The translations under genes were made by a program, and so were the position numbers. This document shows positions 9,264 to 18,592 of a DNA stretch of 58,484 nucleotides, piece after piece. The notes under the pieces are model-generated. The model ran no database searches. It was not told the DNA's origin and saw only the letters and a program-made list of their open reading frames with translations. The first letter of the stretch is position 1, and each line of letters starts with the position of its first letter. Source of the stretch: Proteiniphilum sp. (GTDB lineage Bacteria; Bacteroidota; Bacteroidia; Bacteroidales; Dysgonomonadaceae); NCBI GenBank assembly GCA_011620695.1, contig WOYT01000100.1, forward strand, positions 1-58,484. The letters run 5' to 3'.

Positions 9264-10271
9264 TTACCGTGTGGACCGCCTCACCACCAGGTCCGACTTG
9301 ATCAGACGGCTCACCACTCCCTGCTTGGTCTCCTTACCCTCGATGCGGTTGATCAGCAGCCGGGCAGCGGTAAGACCCATCTCAAAGCCGTGCTGATCGA
9401 CACTCGTCAGGGTGGGATCGGTCACCTCGGTGAGGTAGCTGTTGGTGAAACCACACACCGAGATGTCATCCGGGATGCGATAGCCGGCAGCTTTGACAAT
9501 CTGAATACATGAAGATGCAACCTCATCATTGATACAAAAGAAGGCATCCGGCACCGGTTGCAGTTTCAGCATCTCAGGCACTACTATGCGCGCCAGCTCC
9601 ACCGTATCGCAGATCCTGCTCATCCGGTCCTCCACCGGCAGTCTGTATTTGCGCAGTGCATCTTCATATCCCATCCTACGGTTGTTGGCAATGGGCAAGA
9701 TGGGGGTGGCCCCCAGGAATGCTATCCGCCGGCATCCTGTCTGGATCAGGTGCTCCACCGCATGATAAGTTCCCACGTAATCATCGACCACCACCTTGTC
9801 GGTGTTGATACCGGTGCAGATACGATCGAAGAAAACCAGATGAACATCGTTATCAATTATTTCCTGAAAATGATCAAATTTTTCGGTTGTCTTCGACTGG
9901 GAGGCTAAAATACCGCATACACGGGCATCGAGCAGCGTCTCCACACTTCGCACCTCACGTTGGTAATCCTCGTTAGATTGACAGAAGAGCACATTGTAGC
10001 CCTCATTCTCCGCCTCCTGCTGGATAGCCGACAACACGGTGGAGAAGAAATAGTGTACGATCTGCGGCACGATCACCCCGATGGTGTTGTTCTTGTTGGT
10101 GCGCAACTGCATGGCCAGGGTGTTGGGCTTGTACCTGTGTTCCGCGGCATAGCTCTGCACCAACCTACGTGTCTCCTCACTGATGGCGGGATGATTCTTC
10201 ATGGCCCGTGACACGGTGGATGGTGACAAGTTGAGTGCTTTTGCGATATCCTTTAAGGTAATCTGTCCCAT
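9264..10271 (-). CDS. LacI-family transcriptional regulator (MalR-like)
   Basis: N-terminal HTH ITLKDIAKALNLSPSTVSRAM, hinge YKPN..A..L, and a periplasmic-binding-protein domain (VFFDR, IPDDISVCGF, PTLTSVDQ). Confidence 0.93.
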   Translation of the reverse strand: MGQITLKDIAKALNLSPSTVSRAMKNHPAISEETRRLVQSYAAEHRYKPNTLAMQLRTNKNNTIGVIVPQIVHYFFSTVLSAIQQEAENEGYNVLFCQSNEDYQREVRSVETLLDARVCGILASQSKTTEKFDHFQEIIDNDVHLVFFDRICTGINTDKVVVDDYVGTYHAVEHLIQTGCRRIAFLGATPILPIANNRRMGYEDALRKYRLPVEDRMSRICDTVELARIVVPEMLKLQPVPDAFFCINDEVASSCIQIVKAAGYRIPDDISVCGFTNSYLTEVTDPTLTSVDQHGFEMGLTAARLLINRIEGKETKQGVVSRLIKSDLVVRRSTR

Positions 10272-10467
10272 GTATGAATCCCCTCTGATTTACTGCGGTA
10301 AGATGTGAATCTCCGCTGCCGGCAGATCAAACGGTGAAACCGAAAGAAAGACAGGATGGCAGAAAGACACAAAGTTCAAATATATAAAAAAAAGAGAAAC
10401 GAGTGCTACTTCCTGTAAAAAAAGTACTCTTTTCGTGAATAAATGTTGGTGATTATCGCAATTTGTA

Positions 10468-10475
10468 TATATTTG
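10468..10475 (+). promoter_or_regulatory. -7 promoter element for arcA (a divergent TATATTTG for the LacI gene lies at 10377-10384, minus strand)
   Basis: TATATTTG matches TAnnTTTG. Confidence 0.5.
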
Positions 10476-10488
10476 TTTTAAAAATGAG

Positions 10489-11763
10489 ATGATGAAAGAG
10501 AATCAACCATTACCCCTGGCGGTACAATCGGAGATTGGGACGCTGGAGGCGGTGCTGATGCACTACCCGGGTGCAGAGGTGGAGAATATGACACCCCGCA
10601 ACGCACAGAGAGCACTTTACAGCGACATCTTAAACCTGTCGATTGCCCGCAGGGAATATGACCAGTTGCTGGGGGTATTGCAGAAATATTCAACCGTACA
10701 CAAGGTAACAGACCTGCTGACAAAACTGCTGGCCTCGGAGGCGCACAAAAGAAAACTGATCGGAAAGATCTGTGCGGCTGAACAGGTGCCTGACTATTAT
10801 GATTACCTGATCAACCTGCCAGCAGGTACACTCGCCGGTATTCTGATCGAAGGCCTCCCCCTGAAGATCAGCACCCTTACCGACTTCCTGCGGGAGGAGT
10901 ATTACGCCCTCAAGCCACTCTATAATTTCTACTTCACACGCGATGCATCGGCGGTGATCGGCAACAATGCGCTGATATGCAAGATGGCCAACAGTGTGCG
11001 CATGCGGGAGGCATTGATCATGGATGCCATTTTCAACAGTGGTCTCTTTTTTGAGGGCAACAGGCTGAACAGCTACGAGTTGTCGCAACACAACCCGGAG
11101 GTGAAGATCGAGGGAGGAGATCTGCTGGTGATCAGAGAGGATATCCTGCTGATCGGCAACGGATCGCGGACCAGCACGCAGGGCATCGACATGCTGGTGA
11201 AGGAGTTCTGTAAAAACAGTTCCGGGAAAAAACATGTGATCGTGCAGCAGCTACCCGAATCGCCTGAGTCATTTATCCATCTTGACATGGTCTTCACCAT
11301 GCTCGACCGGGACAAGGCAATGGTCTATAAGCCGTTGATCATGGACAGCTCGCGGTACCAGACGGTTCACATCCAGATCGACAACGGCAGGGTCTCAAGA
11401 ATCAACGCTGTCAGTGGCATCCTAAGCCTGCTGCGCAAGCTGGGTATCGACCTGGAGCCAGTGGTGTGCGGTGGCAAGGCTGACGACTGGGATCAGGAGA
11501 GGGAGCAGTGGCACAGTGGCGCCAATTTCCTGGCAATCGCACCAGGCAAGGTGCTCTCCTACGCGCGAAACGTGCACACACTGGAGGAGCTCAGCAAGCA
11601 TGGGTTCCGGGTGGTGAGTGCCGCTGAGGTGACCAATGGCAGCTACACGCTCACAGCCGCGGAGCGCTGCGTGATCACCATCGAGGGATCGGAGCTGCCG
11701 CGGGGTGGCGGTGGTCCCCGCTGCATGACCATGCCGTTGCGCCGCTCAGCTGTGAACTGGTGA
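10489..11763 (+). CDS. arcA: Arginine deiminase
   Basis: Motifs VQSEIGTL, NFYFTRD, IEGGD, GSRTS, FIHLDMVF, EQW..GAN and SELPRGGGGPRCMTMPLRR (catalytic Cys). Confidence 0.92.
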   Translation: MMKENQPLPLAVQSEIGTLEAVLMHYPGAEVENMTPRNAQRALYSDILNLSIARREYDQLLGVLQKYSTVHKVTDLLTKLLASEAHKRKLIGKICAAEQVPDYYDYLINLPAGTLAGILIEGLPLKISTLTDFLREEYYALKPLYNFYFTRDASAVIGNNALICKMANSVRMREALIMDAIFNSGLFFEGNRLNSYELSQHNPEVKIEGGDLLVIREDILLIGNGSRTSTQGIDMLVKEFCKNSSGKKHVIVQQLPESPESFIHLDMVFTMLDRDKAMVYKPLIMDSSRYQTVHIQIDNGRVSRINAVSGILSLLRKLGIDLEPVVCGGKADDWDQEREQWHSGANFLAIAPGKVLSYARNVHTLEELSKHGFRVVSAAEVTNGSYTLTAAERCVITIEGSELPRGGGGPRCMTMPLRRSAVNW

Positions 11764-11821
11764 GCAGCGCGTCAGCGTTTCAAAACAGGTACCGGCGTAA
11801 AGCCTGTTCATTGTCGGTGGA

Positions 11822-12514
11822 TCAGAGAATCTCCCTGATCTCTGCAAGACTACCGACCGTAAATGTGGGTTGAAAATCTGTAGCGGGCTCACCCTTGGGA
11901 TTGAACCATATCTGGTCGATACGGCTGTTGCGGGCACCCACGATGTCAGCATCCCAGCTATCCCCGATCATCACGGTCTGGTCGCGCCGTGAGTTGGTGC
12001 TTTTCAGGGCATAGGTGAACATATCGGGATGGGGCTTGTTGCTGCCGGCATCTTCCGACAGGATGATCTTGTGAAAGTAGGATGTCAATCCTGAATTTTC
12101 AATCTTCCTGTACTGTACCTCGCGAAAGCCGTTGGAGAGAATATGCAGGCGGTATTTGGGACGCAGGTAATCAAGCAGCTCCATGGCTCCTTCAATCAGC
12201 CTCGTTTTGCGGGTGGTGCGATCCAGGAAGTCATCGCTCAGACGTTTTGCATATTCAGGGTCGGTGATACCAAACGGACGTACGGGCGCCAGGAACCGCT
12301 CAACGATGAGCTCCTCCTTACGAATCTCCCCCTGCCGGTACAACGCCCAGAGACGGTTATTGCCCGGCATATACACATTGTAGTATTCCTCAAAAGTGGG
12401 ATAGAACGCCCCGTAACCGTAATCGTGATAGATCTCCTCAAGGCACTCCCTCCCATTGCGGTGAATATCCCACAGGGTATCATCCAGGTCGATAAACAGA
12501 TTTTGATATGGCAT
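11822..12514 (-). CDS. yjjG: YjjG-family HAD pyrimidine nucleotidase
   Basis: Motifs FIDLDDTLWD, ILSNGF, KPHP and MIGDSWDADIVGA. Confidence 0.85.
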   Translation of the reverse strand: MPYQNLFIDLDDTLWDIHRNGRECLEEIYHDYGYGAFYPTFEEYYNVYMPGNNRLWALYRQGEIRKEELIVERFLAPVRPFGITDPEYAKRLSDDFLDRTTRKTRLIEGAMELLDYLRPKYRLHILSNGFREVQYRKIENSGLTSYFHKIILSEDAGSNKPHPDMFTYALKSTNSRRDQTVMIGDSWDADIVGARNSRIDQIWFNPKGEPATDFQPTFTVGSLAEIREIL

Positions 12515-12525
12515 GGCACGAAACA

Positions 12526-12556
12526 GTCACGGAGTGATCTCTCTTCACTCCGCGAC
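12526..12556 (-). terminator. Stem-loop downstream of the coiled-coil lipoprotein gene (possible terminator or processing hairpin)
   Basis: Minus strand GTCGCGGAGTGA-agagaga-TCACTCCGTGAC, 12 bp including one G-U pair, with only a weak U tail (TGTTTC). Confidence 0.45.
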
Positions 12557-12601
12557 ACGACAATAATATTTGAATGATTGTGACCAGAGTCTCCTCTTCG
12601 G

Positions 12602-13459
12602 TTAGCTTACTTCGATAATCAGATATTTGGTAAGGCTCCAGAAGCGCTGTGTATCGGTGATCACAAAAGTGAGATTCCCGTCGTCACCTTTCACAAACTC
12701 ATACGTTCCTTCGGGATGGGTGGACCACAACTTCGCGTTGGGAGCATAAAGTGGAATCTCCGTCACCTCCCGGATATCAATCTTCAGGAAATAATCCTTA
12801 TTGAAGGTATCCTGTAACACCCGCGTCTGCCGCAGAAACCCGCCGGAGAGGATCTTCTGCTCTTTCAGCTCGCTGGCAGTACCAAACACATAATAAGCAG
12901 TATGCAGCGTCTTTTCCTGCTCCCGGATGATAGCAGACTGTTGTTCAGCCTCCTGAGCCAGCGCTGTCACATCCTCAGCGAGCAGTGCAATCTGCTCATC
13001 TTTCCTTGCCAGCTCTTCCTGCAACGCCACCAGTCGATTGCTGCTCTCACGCATCTCTTCATTGAGCCGGTTAATGGTATTCTTCAACGTAGCGATCTCC
13101 TTGTTTCCGGCGCTTTGCTTCCTGTTGAGCTCTTCCAGCTGTTCCTTGTTGCGTTGCAGGATCTCGTTGATCATTTTGAAGTTCTCCTGCACCCGTTGCT
13201 TGGTATCCTGCGTCATCTCTCCTCCCTGCGCCGACTGGGTGGCAATGTATTTTTCTGCCTCCCTGATCTTGGCAAAATTGGCTTCCACCTCGCTGATCAC
13301 CGACATCATCTCGGCTGCCTCCGATTCTACACCGGCAGAATGCATCAGCAGCGAATCTCGCTCTGCCTGGAGCTCCTTATACTCCTTCGATTCTTTCACA
13401 TTTGTACATGAAACCACCATGAGTCCCATGACCAGTAACAAAACCCAGTTCTTTCTCAT
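12602..13459 (-). CDS. Coiled-coil lipoprotein (Cbp1-like conserved Bacteroidales protein)
   Basis: Start MRKNWVLLLVMGLMVVSC (lipobox), a long heptad coiled coil, and C-terminal AYYVFGT..ELKE...FWSLTKYLII. The track's 13678 start overlaps rsmI. Confidence 0.7.
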   Translation of the reverse strand: MRKNWVLLLVMGLMVVSCTNVKESKEYKELQAERDSLLMHSAGVESEAAEMMSVISEVEANFAKIREAEKYIATQSAQGGEMTQDTKQRVQENFKMINEILQRNKEQLEELNRKQSAGNKEIATLKNTINRLNEEMRESSNRLVALQEELARKDEQIALLAEDVTALAQEAEQQSAIIREQEKTLHTAYYVFGTASELKEQKILSGGFLRQTRVLQDTFNKDYFLKIDIREVTEIPLYAPNAKLWSTHPEGTYEFVKGDDGNLTFVITDTQRFWSLTKYLIIEVS

Positions 13460-13520
13460 AACTTTGATCTTTATCTTTACATTAAACAACCACTTACTGC
13501 AAATAGTTTGCTCACCCTGT

Positions 13521-14189
13521 TTACTTACCCGCGACCACGATGACAAACTCACCCCGCGGCTCCTGATCGGTGAAATGGGTGACCAGACTCTCCAGCGTTC
13601 CTCTTGCCGTCTCAGCGAAGAGCTTTGAAATCTCCCGCGAAACGGATGCCTGACGTTCTCCTCCCAGATGGTCTGCAAGCTGGGTAAGGGTTTTCACCAC
13701 CCTGTAGGGCGACTCATAAAAAATCATGGTACGATGCTCCTCAGCCAGTTGTTTGAGTCTGGTCTGTCGTCCTTTCTTCTGGGGCAGGAAACCCTCGAAA
13801 CAGAAACGATCGCACGGTAATCCTGATTCCACCAAAGCAGGCACGAAAGCAGTAGCTCCGGGCAGGCACTCCACATCAACACCGGCCTCGATAGATGACC
13901 TGACCAGCAGAAAGCCGGGATCAGAGATGGAGGGGGTGCCGGCATCCGATATCAGTGCGATCTGCTCCCCCGCCCTGAGCCGATCCACAAGGTGATCCAC
14001 TGCCTGGTGCTCGTTAAACTTATGGTAGGACTGCATCCGTGTGTTGATCTCGTAATGCTTCAACAGGAAGCCGCTGGTACGGGTATCCTCTGCCAGGATC
14101 AGGTCACACCTCTTGAGCAGGTTGATGGCCCTGATGGTGATATCTTCAAGATTACCTATGGGAGTAGGAATGAGATAGAGTTTACCCAT
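13521..14189 (-). CDS. rsmI: 16S rRNA (C1402-2'-O)-methyltransferase
   Basis: Motifs LYLIPTPIGNLEDIT, AEDTR, SDAGTPSISDPG, FEGFLP, YESPYR, REISK and PRGEFV. Confidence 0.96.
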   Translation of the reverse strand: MGKLYLIPTPIGNLEDITIRAINLLKRCDLILAEDTRTSGFLLKHYEINTRMQSYHKFNEHQAVDHLVDRLRAGEQIALISDAGTPSISDPGFLLVRSSIEAGVDVECLPGATAFVPALVESGLPCDRFCFEGFLPQKKGRQTRLKQLAEEHRTMIFYESPYRVVKTLTQLADHLGGERQASVSREISKLFAETARGTLESLVTHFTDQEPRGEFVIVVAGK

Positions 14190-14204
14190 TTTGTTACCTG
14201 CTGG

Positions 14205-14870
14205 TTATGCAAATCCTTTTTTAATGAGCCGGAGAAAATCCTGAACAACAGGCTGATCGAAATCCCAATCCATGCGCGCTCTCAGGTATTCCTCAGCCTT
14301 TTCATAGCTCTCAAAGGCACCCAAACGAATCATCACACCGTTCATCTCCTCCCGGTTGTTGTGAAACAGCTCCCGTTGAAACAAAAAACGATCGTTCAGA
14401 CTGATCCCCCTCTTCAGGTCGAGCAGAGAGGGAGGGGCCTGTATCACATCGTTCAGTGAGGTGATGCCCGGTGCCTCCTCCTTAAGCGTGCTCTCCTGCA
14501 CCGCTTTAGAATCGTTTGCATGGATGGATTCATTCAACCGGGGATTCCTGTAACCGGGCAGCTCTACCCGCTCTTTCCGCTCCGGGCTCACCTTCTCTTC
14601 ACGGGTCTCAACTGCATCTGCCTCCTTTGTCTCCGGTACTGTCCTTTCAGACAGCACATCCACCAACCGCTGCATCTGTTGTTTCAACTCATCGATCTGC
14701 ATCGATTGCAATTGCTGAAGCAAACGGGAGATATGCTGTAGCCTGTCAAATGACTCGTTGAAAAATGAGAATGAGACTGTTTCATTCTCACAGGCACGGC
14801 TCACTTTCTCCTCCAACTGCCGAACAGCATGGAGCAACTGTTCCATCATCTCTTTTCTGTCGTCTCTCAT
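14205..14870 (-). CDS. Conserved hypothetical protein (start uncertain)
   Basis: C-terminal DLKRGISLNDRFLFQRELF domain, which I recognise from Bacteroidetes genes next to rsmI. A TACATTTG promoter at 14943-14950 argues against the 14945 start. Confidence 0.6.
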   Translation of the reverse strand: MRDDRKEMMEQLLHAVRQLEEKVSRACENETVSFSFFNESFDRLQHISRLLQQLQSMQIDELKQQMQRLVDVLSERTVPETKEADAVETREEKVSPERKERVELPGYRNPRLNESIHANDSKAVQESTLKEEAPGITSLNDVIQAPPSLLDLKRGISLNDRFLFQRELFHNNREEMNGVMIRLGAFESYEKAEEYLRARMDWDFDQPVVQDFLRLIKKGFA

Positions 14871-14951
14871 ACACAACACTTTTGGATCGCACCTCATTGG
14901 ATGAACTACCTGCATCATTTTAGTACTCCCTCCTGTCACATGCAAATGTAG

Positions 14952-16379
14952 TTATATTTTGGGAAGCTCCACAAAATCATCGGGCAAATTCACAAGATAG
15001 AGCTTTTGGGAGCTGCGGGTCACGGAGGTATAGAGCCAACGGTAGAAATTATCACCCATGTAGGATTGCTGAATGTAACCCAGGTCGAGAAACACATTCT
15101 TCCATTCTCCCCCCTGCGCCTTGTGACAGGTAACAGCATATCCATACTTTACCTGCAGGGCATTGAAATAGGGATTCTCCTTCACCTTGAGATATTTTTT
15201 CCGTTTCTGGGTTATCTCTGCATAATCCTCCATCACGGCGGTAAAGAGGCACTCATGCTGTTCCCGGGTGAGACCAGGCACCTCGGTGTGAAGTGCGTCG
15301 AGCAGGATCTTTGCTTCAAACTCAATCTCATAGTCGCGGTGAAAGAGCAGCACGTTGCAAAACCGAAAACCATACATCTCCTCCTCACCCCTTACTCTGA
15401 CCACCTCCACAAACTCGCCGTTGGCAAGGAAGTCGAGGTGCTCATAGCCGGCTGCCCAGAAATAATTGTTCCGGGTGATCATCAGGATGTCACCCGCCGA
15501 GAGCTCCTCCTCACGAAAGAGCACCCTGTTGCGGATGCCGTTGTTGTAAGCGTTCACCCGTTTGTTGGAACGTGAAATGACGATGGTCTCCTCCACCCCG
15601 TCGCGACGGTAGGCATCGCCGATCTCATCAATCAGATCCATGCCGTTGATGCGCCGCACATCGGAGAATCCTTCCACCCTCAGTTTGGGGTACTGTTCAG
15701 TCTCCTTGAAAAGAAGCGCATTGCGTAGCATGGTGGCATTGTAAAGGATTCCGGAACTCTCCGCCTGCCGCACAATTCCGGTGAGGGTAGCCTCCATCAC
15801 CTGAAGCGAGTAGGAACGCAACACCTCCCTGTCGAGAGCTGGACTGGTAAGCTGCTTCACCGGCGGAAGCTGTGCATTGTCGCCGATGAGCATCAGCCGG
15901 CACCCCTCAGCACCATAGACATACGCAATCAGGTCGTCCAGCAGCCGGCCCGTACCGAACAGTGTGTAATCGGCCGGCTCATTGTGGATCATTGAGGCTT
16001 CGTCAACAATAAAGAGCGTATGGGTATGCAGGTTCTCGCTCAGAGAAAAATGAGGTGTCCCCTCTCCAAACCGCTCCTGCCGGTAGATTTTCTTGTGGAT
16101 GGTGTAAGCCGGATGGGAGGCATAGGTGGAGAAGACCTTGGCCGCACGACCGGTAGGCGCCAGCAGCTGCGTTTTCTGACCAAAGGCTGAAAGCGTCTTC
16201 ACCAGGCTCCCTATCAGCGATGATTTCCCAGTGCCGGCATATCCTGTCAGTAAAAAAATCTGATCATTCATCCCTGAAAAAAGAAAATCGGATATATGCT
16301 CCAGTGCCGCCAATTGGTCATCTGTAAAAGAGAACGGGAAATTGTCGCTGATTTTCTCAAGAAAGAAACGATTGATCAT
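14952..16379 (-). CDS. RecD-like SF1 helicase / ATP-dependent nuclease subunit
   Basis: Walker A GYAGTGKS plus APTGRAA, TIHK, VDEASM, GDNAQLPPV, VRQ, YAVTCHKAQGGEW and LYTSVTR. Confidence 0.88.
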   Translation of the reverse strand: MINRFFLEKISDNFPFSFTDDQLAALEHISDFLFSGMNDQIFLLTGYAGTGKSSLIGSLVKTLSAFGQKTQLLAPTGRAAKVFSTYASHPAYTIHKKIYRQERFGEGTPHFSLSENLHTHTLFIVDEASMIHNEPADYTLFGTGRLLDDLIAYVYGAEGCRLMLIGDNAQLPPVKQLTSPALDREVLRSYSLQVMEATLTGIVRQAESSGILYNATMLRNALLFKETEQYPKLRVEGFSDVRRINGMDLIDEIGDAYRRDGVEETIVISRSNKRVNAYNNGIRNRVLFREEELSAGDILMITRNNYFWAAGYEHLDFLANGEFVEVVRVRGEEEMYGFRFCNVLLFHRDYEIEFEAKILLDALHTEVPGLTREQHECLFTAVMEDYAEITQKRKKYLKVKENPYFNALQVKYGYAVTCHKAQGGEWKNVFLDLGYIQQSYMGDNFYRWLYTSVTRSSQKLYLVNLPDDFVELPKI

Positions 16380-16494
16380 TTTTTTTGGTTATTTTTCCTG
16401 TAAAAGTAGCACAATTCTTTTTCTTTTTCTACATTTGTAATCAAAATGAGGAGATCAAACCAAAAACAATATAAATATTAAAAAAGAAAAGTCC

Positions 16495-17199
16495 ATGAAA
16501 GTTGTAATGAGAGTGCTTCTAGCAATAGCCATTGTTCTTTTAGCTTATCTCTGCTGGAAAAGCATCCAGGGTCCGATTGATTTTAATGCAGAGGTGGAGA
16601 AACGCGAGAGAGCTGTTATTCAGCGGCTGATTGACATCCGTACCGCACAGGTTGCCCTTCGTGCTCAGACCGGCTCCTACACCGGCAGTTTCGACACGCT
16701 GATTAATTTTGTGAAAGATGGCAAGATTGCCACCCTGGTCAAAGAGGGAGACCTCAGCGAAGAACAGCTGGAAGCAGGAATGACAGAAGAAAAGGCCATG
16801 CAGATCATCCGTAGCGGGAACGAAGCAGCCATCAAAGCAGCCGGATTGTGGGATGACACCAAAAATGCGCCCCAATTGGTGAGAGACACTATTTTCTCCC
16901 CTGCAGTGGAGGTCTTGTATCCCAACCGAACACGCTTCAGCATCGATTCACTGCGATATGTACCCTATGGGAAGGGAGCTGAGTTCGAGATGGCCGTAGA
17001 TTCGCTGATCACCGCCTCGGGTTATCCCATCCAGGTGTTTGAGGCCAAGGCCCATTTCCGTACTTTCCTGGGTGACCTCAACAAGAAATTGCTCGATCAG
17101 AAGATCCAGGAGGTGCTCGACCGTCCGGGTAACAAGTACCCTGGCTTGCAGGTGGGATCGCTTGAAGTAGCCAACAACAATGCCGGTAACTGGGAATAA
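16495..17199 (+). CDS. Conserved hypothetical membrane-anchored protein
   Basis: Single N-terminal hydrophobic helix, ending GSL....NNAGNWE; TACATTTG promoter at 16430-16437. Confidence 0.75.
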   Translation: MKVVMRVLLAIAIVLLAYLCWKSIQGPIDFNAEVEKRERAVIQRLIDIRTAQVALRAQTGSYTGSFDTLINFVKDGKIATLVKEGDLSEEQLEAGMTEEKAMQIIRSGNEAAIKAAGLWDDTKNAPQLVRDTIFSPAVEVLYPNRTRFSIDSLRYVPYGKGAEFEMAVDSLITASGYPIQVFEAKAHFRTFLGDLNKKLLDQKIQEVLDRPGNKYPGLQVGSLEVANNNAGNWE

Positions 17200-17224
17200 T
17201 TGTTATCCCCAGGCAACCATCGCT

Positions 17225-18040
17225 ATGTTTCTACCGGAAAATATTGACCTGGCCCATTCGGAAGAATACAATTTATCCATTCGGCTCGCGCCGAATGGAT
17301 TTTCTTTTTGCATTCACAGCAGCAACGATCCGTCGGTCTTTCACCATCAGGGCACGCCGCTTGGGAACAGGCTCTCGCGCACCGATCACATCAAGAAAAT
17401 GATCTTCGACCTGGGATTCTTCAGTCAGCCTTTCAAAAAGACATCGGTCACTGTTGTCTCACCCCACTACACCCTGGTGCCGGAAGCATATTACGACAGG
17501 AAAAAGGTGAAAGAGTTGTTCCAATTCAACCTCCATCAACCGGATGGGACTCTGTTGACCGACCATTTCCATGAGGGGGCTTACCATATCATCTACAATC
17601 TGGAAGAAGAGCTGCACGCATTCCTCTCGCGCAACCTGTGGAATCCCGTCTTCCAGCATCATACCGGGACGCTGCTGCGGCTCTTCCACACCCGCAGAGA
17701 TCCGGAGGGGAAAAAGAGCTGCTTTGCAGATTTTCACGACCAGGAAGTGACCATTATCTGCTTCGCCGATGACAGATTGCTCTCAGCCAACACTTTCCCG
17801 GCGGTCAACATCCACGACACCACCTTTTACCTTGCCAGTGTATGGGAGAAACTGGGGCTCAACCAGTCTGCCGACAGGCTCCTTTTGTCGGGAGAGCTCT
17901 CAGGGCAAAAGGAAACAGTGGAGATACTGAGAAAATTGATACGCAACGTGGAGCAGGTGGAGATAGATCCTCCAGTGGAAGTCAAAGAGGAGATCCTGCT
18001 TCAATTACCTACCGATACCCTGGCAACCTTATGCGAATAA
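17225..18040 (+). CDS. DUF3822 family protein
   Basis: Motifs LSIRLAPNGFSF, TLVP and L..ANTF, in the typical position upstream of rsmD; start MFLPE at 17225. Confidence 0.75.
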   Translation: MFLPENIDLAHSEEYNLSIRLAPNGFSFCIHSSNDPSVFHHQGTPLGNRLSRTDHIKKMIFDLGFFSQPFKKTSVTVVSPHYTLVPEAYYDRKKVKELFQFNLHQPDGTLLTDHFHEGAYHIIYNLEEELHAFLSRNLWNPVFQHHTGTLLRLFHTRRDPEGKKSCFADFHDQEVTIICFADDRLLSANTFPAVNIHDTTFYLASVWEKLGLNQSADRLLLSGELSGQKETVEILRKLIRNVEQVEIDPPVEVKEEILLQLPTDTLATLCE

Positions 18041-18564
18041 TCAGCGGCAAATACAAATCACGGCGTATTCAGGTACCTGCCAGCCTGAAGGCCCGCCCCA
18101 CCACCGATTTCGCGAAGGAGGGTCTCTTCAACGTGCTCAACAACCTGGTGGAATGGGATGATCTCACGGCACTTGATCTCTTCACCGGCACCGGGAGCAT
18201 CGCCTTTGAACTGATCTCACGTGGAGCCTCCTATGTGGTGGGTGTGGAGAAGAATCCGCTTCACTATCGTTTTATCTGCAAGACACAGGAGCTGCTGGGA
18301 GCCAAAGAGCTGTTCCTCATACGAACAGATGTGTTCAAATATCTGCAGCATGTCACCCAACCGTTCGACCTGATCTTTGCCGATCCCCCTTACGATCTGC
18401 CTGATCTGGAGAAGATCCCGGAGATCATCATCCGCAAAGAGCTGGTGAAAGAGGGTGGATTCTTCGTCATGGAGCATTCCGTCAAGCATGACTTCTCGCA
18501 GCTGCCTCACTTCAGGGAGTGCCGCCATTATGGCAATGTCCATTTTTCCATTTTCGCTTTTTAG
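18031..18564 (+). CDS. rsmD: 16S rRNA (G966-N2)-methyltransferase
   Basis: Motifs MRIISGKYK, RPTTD, LDLFTGTGS, FADPPY and YG; true start at 18031. Confidence 0.93.
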   Translation: MRIISGKYKSRRIQVPASLKARPTTDFAKEGLFNVLNNLVEWDDLTALDLFTGTGSIAFELISRGASYVVGVEKNPLHYRFICKTQELLGAKELFLIRTDVFKYLQHVTQPFDLIFADPPYDLPDLEKIPEIIIRKELVKEGGFFVMEHSVKHDFSQLPHFRECRHYGNVHFSIFAF

Positions 18565-18592
18565 TCTGTATCTTTGACGGGTAATTTTTAAA

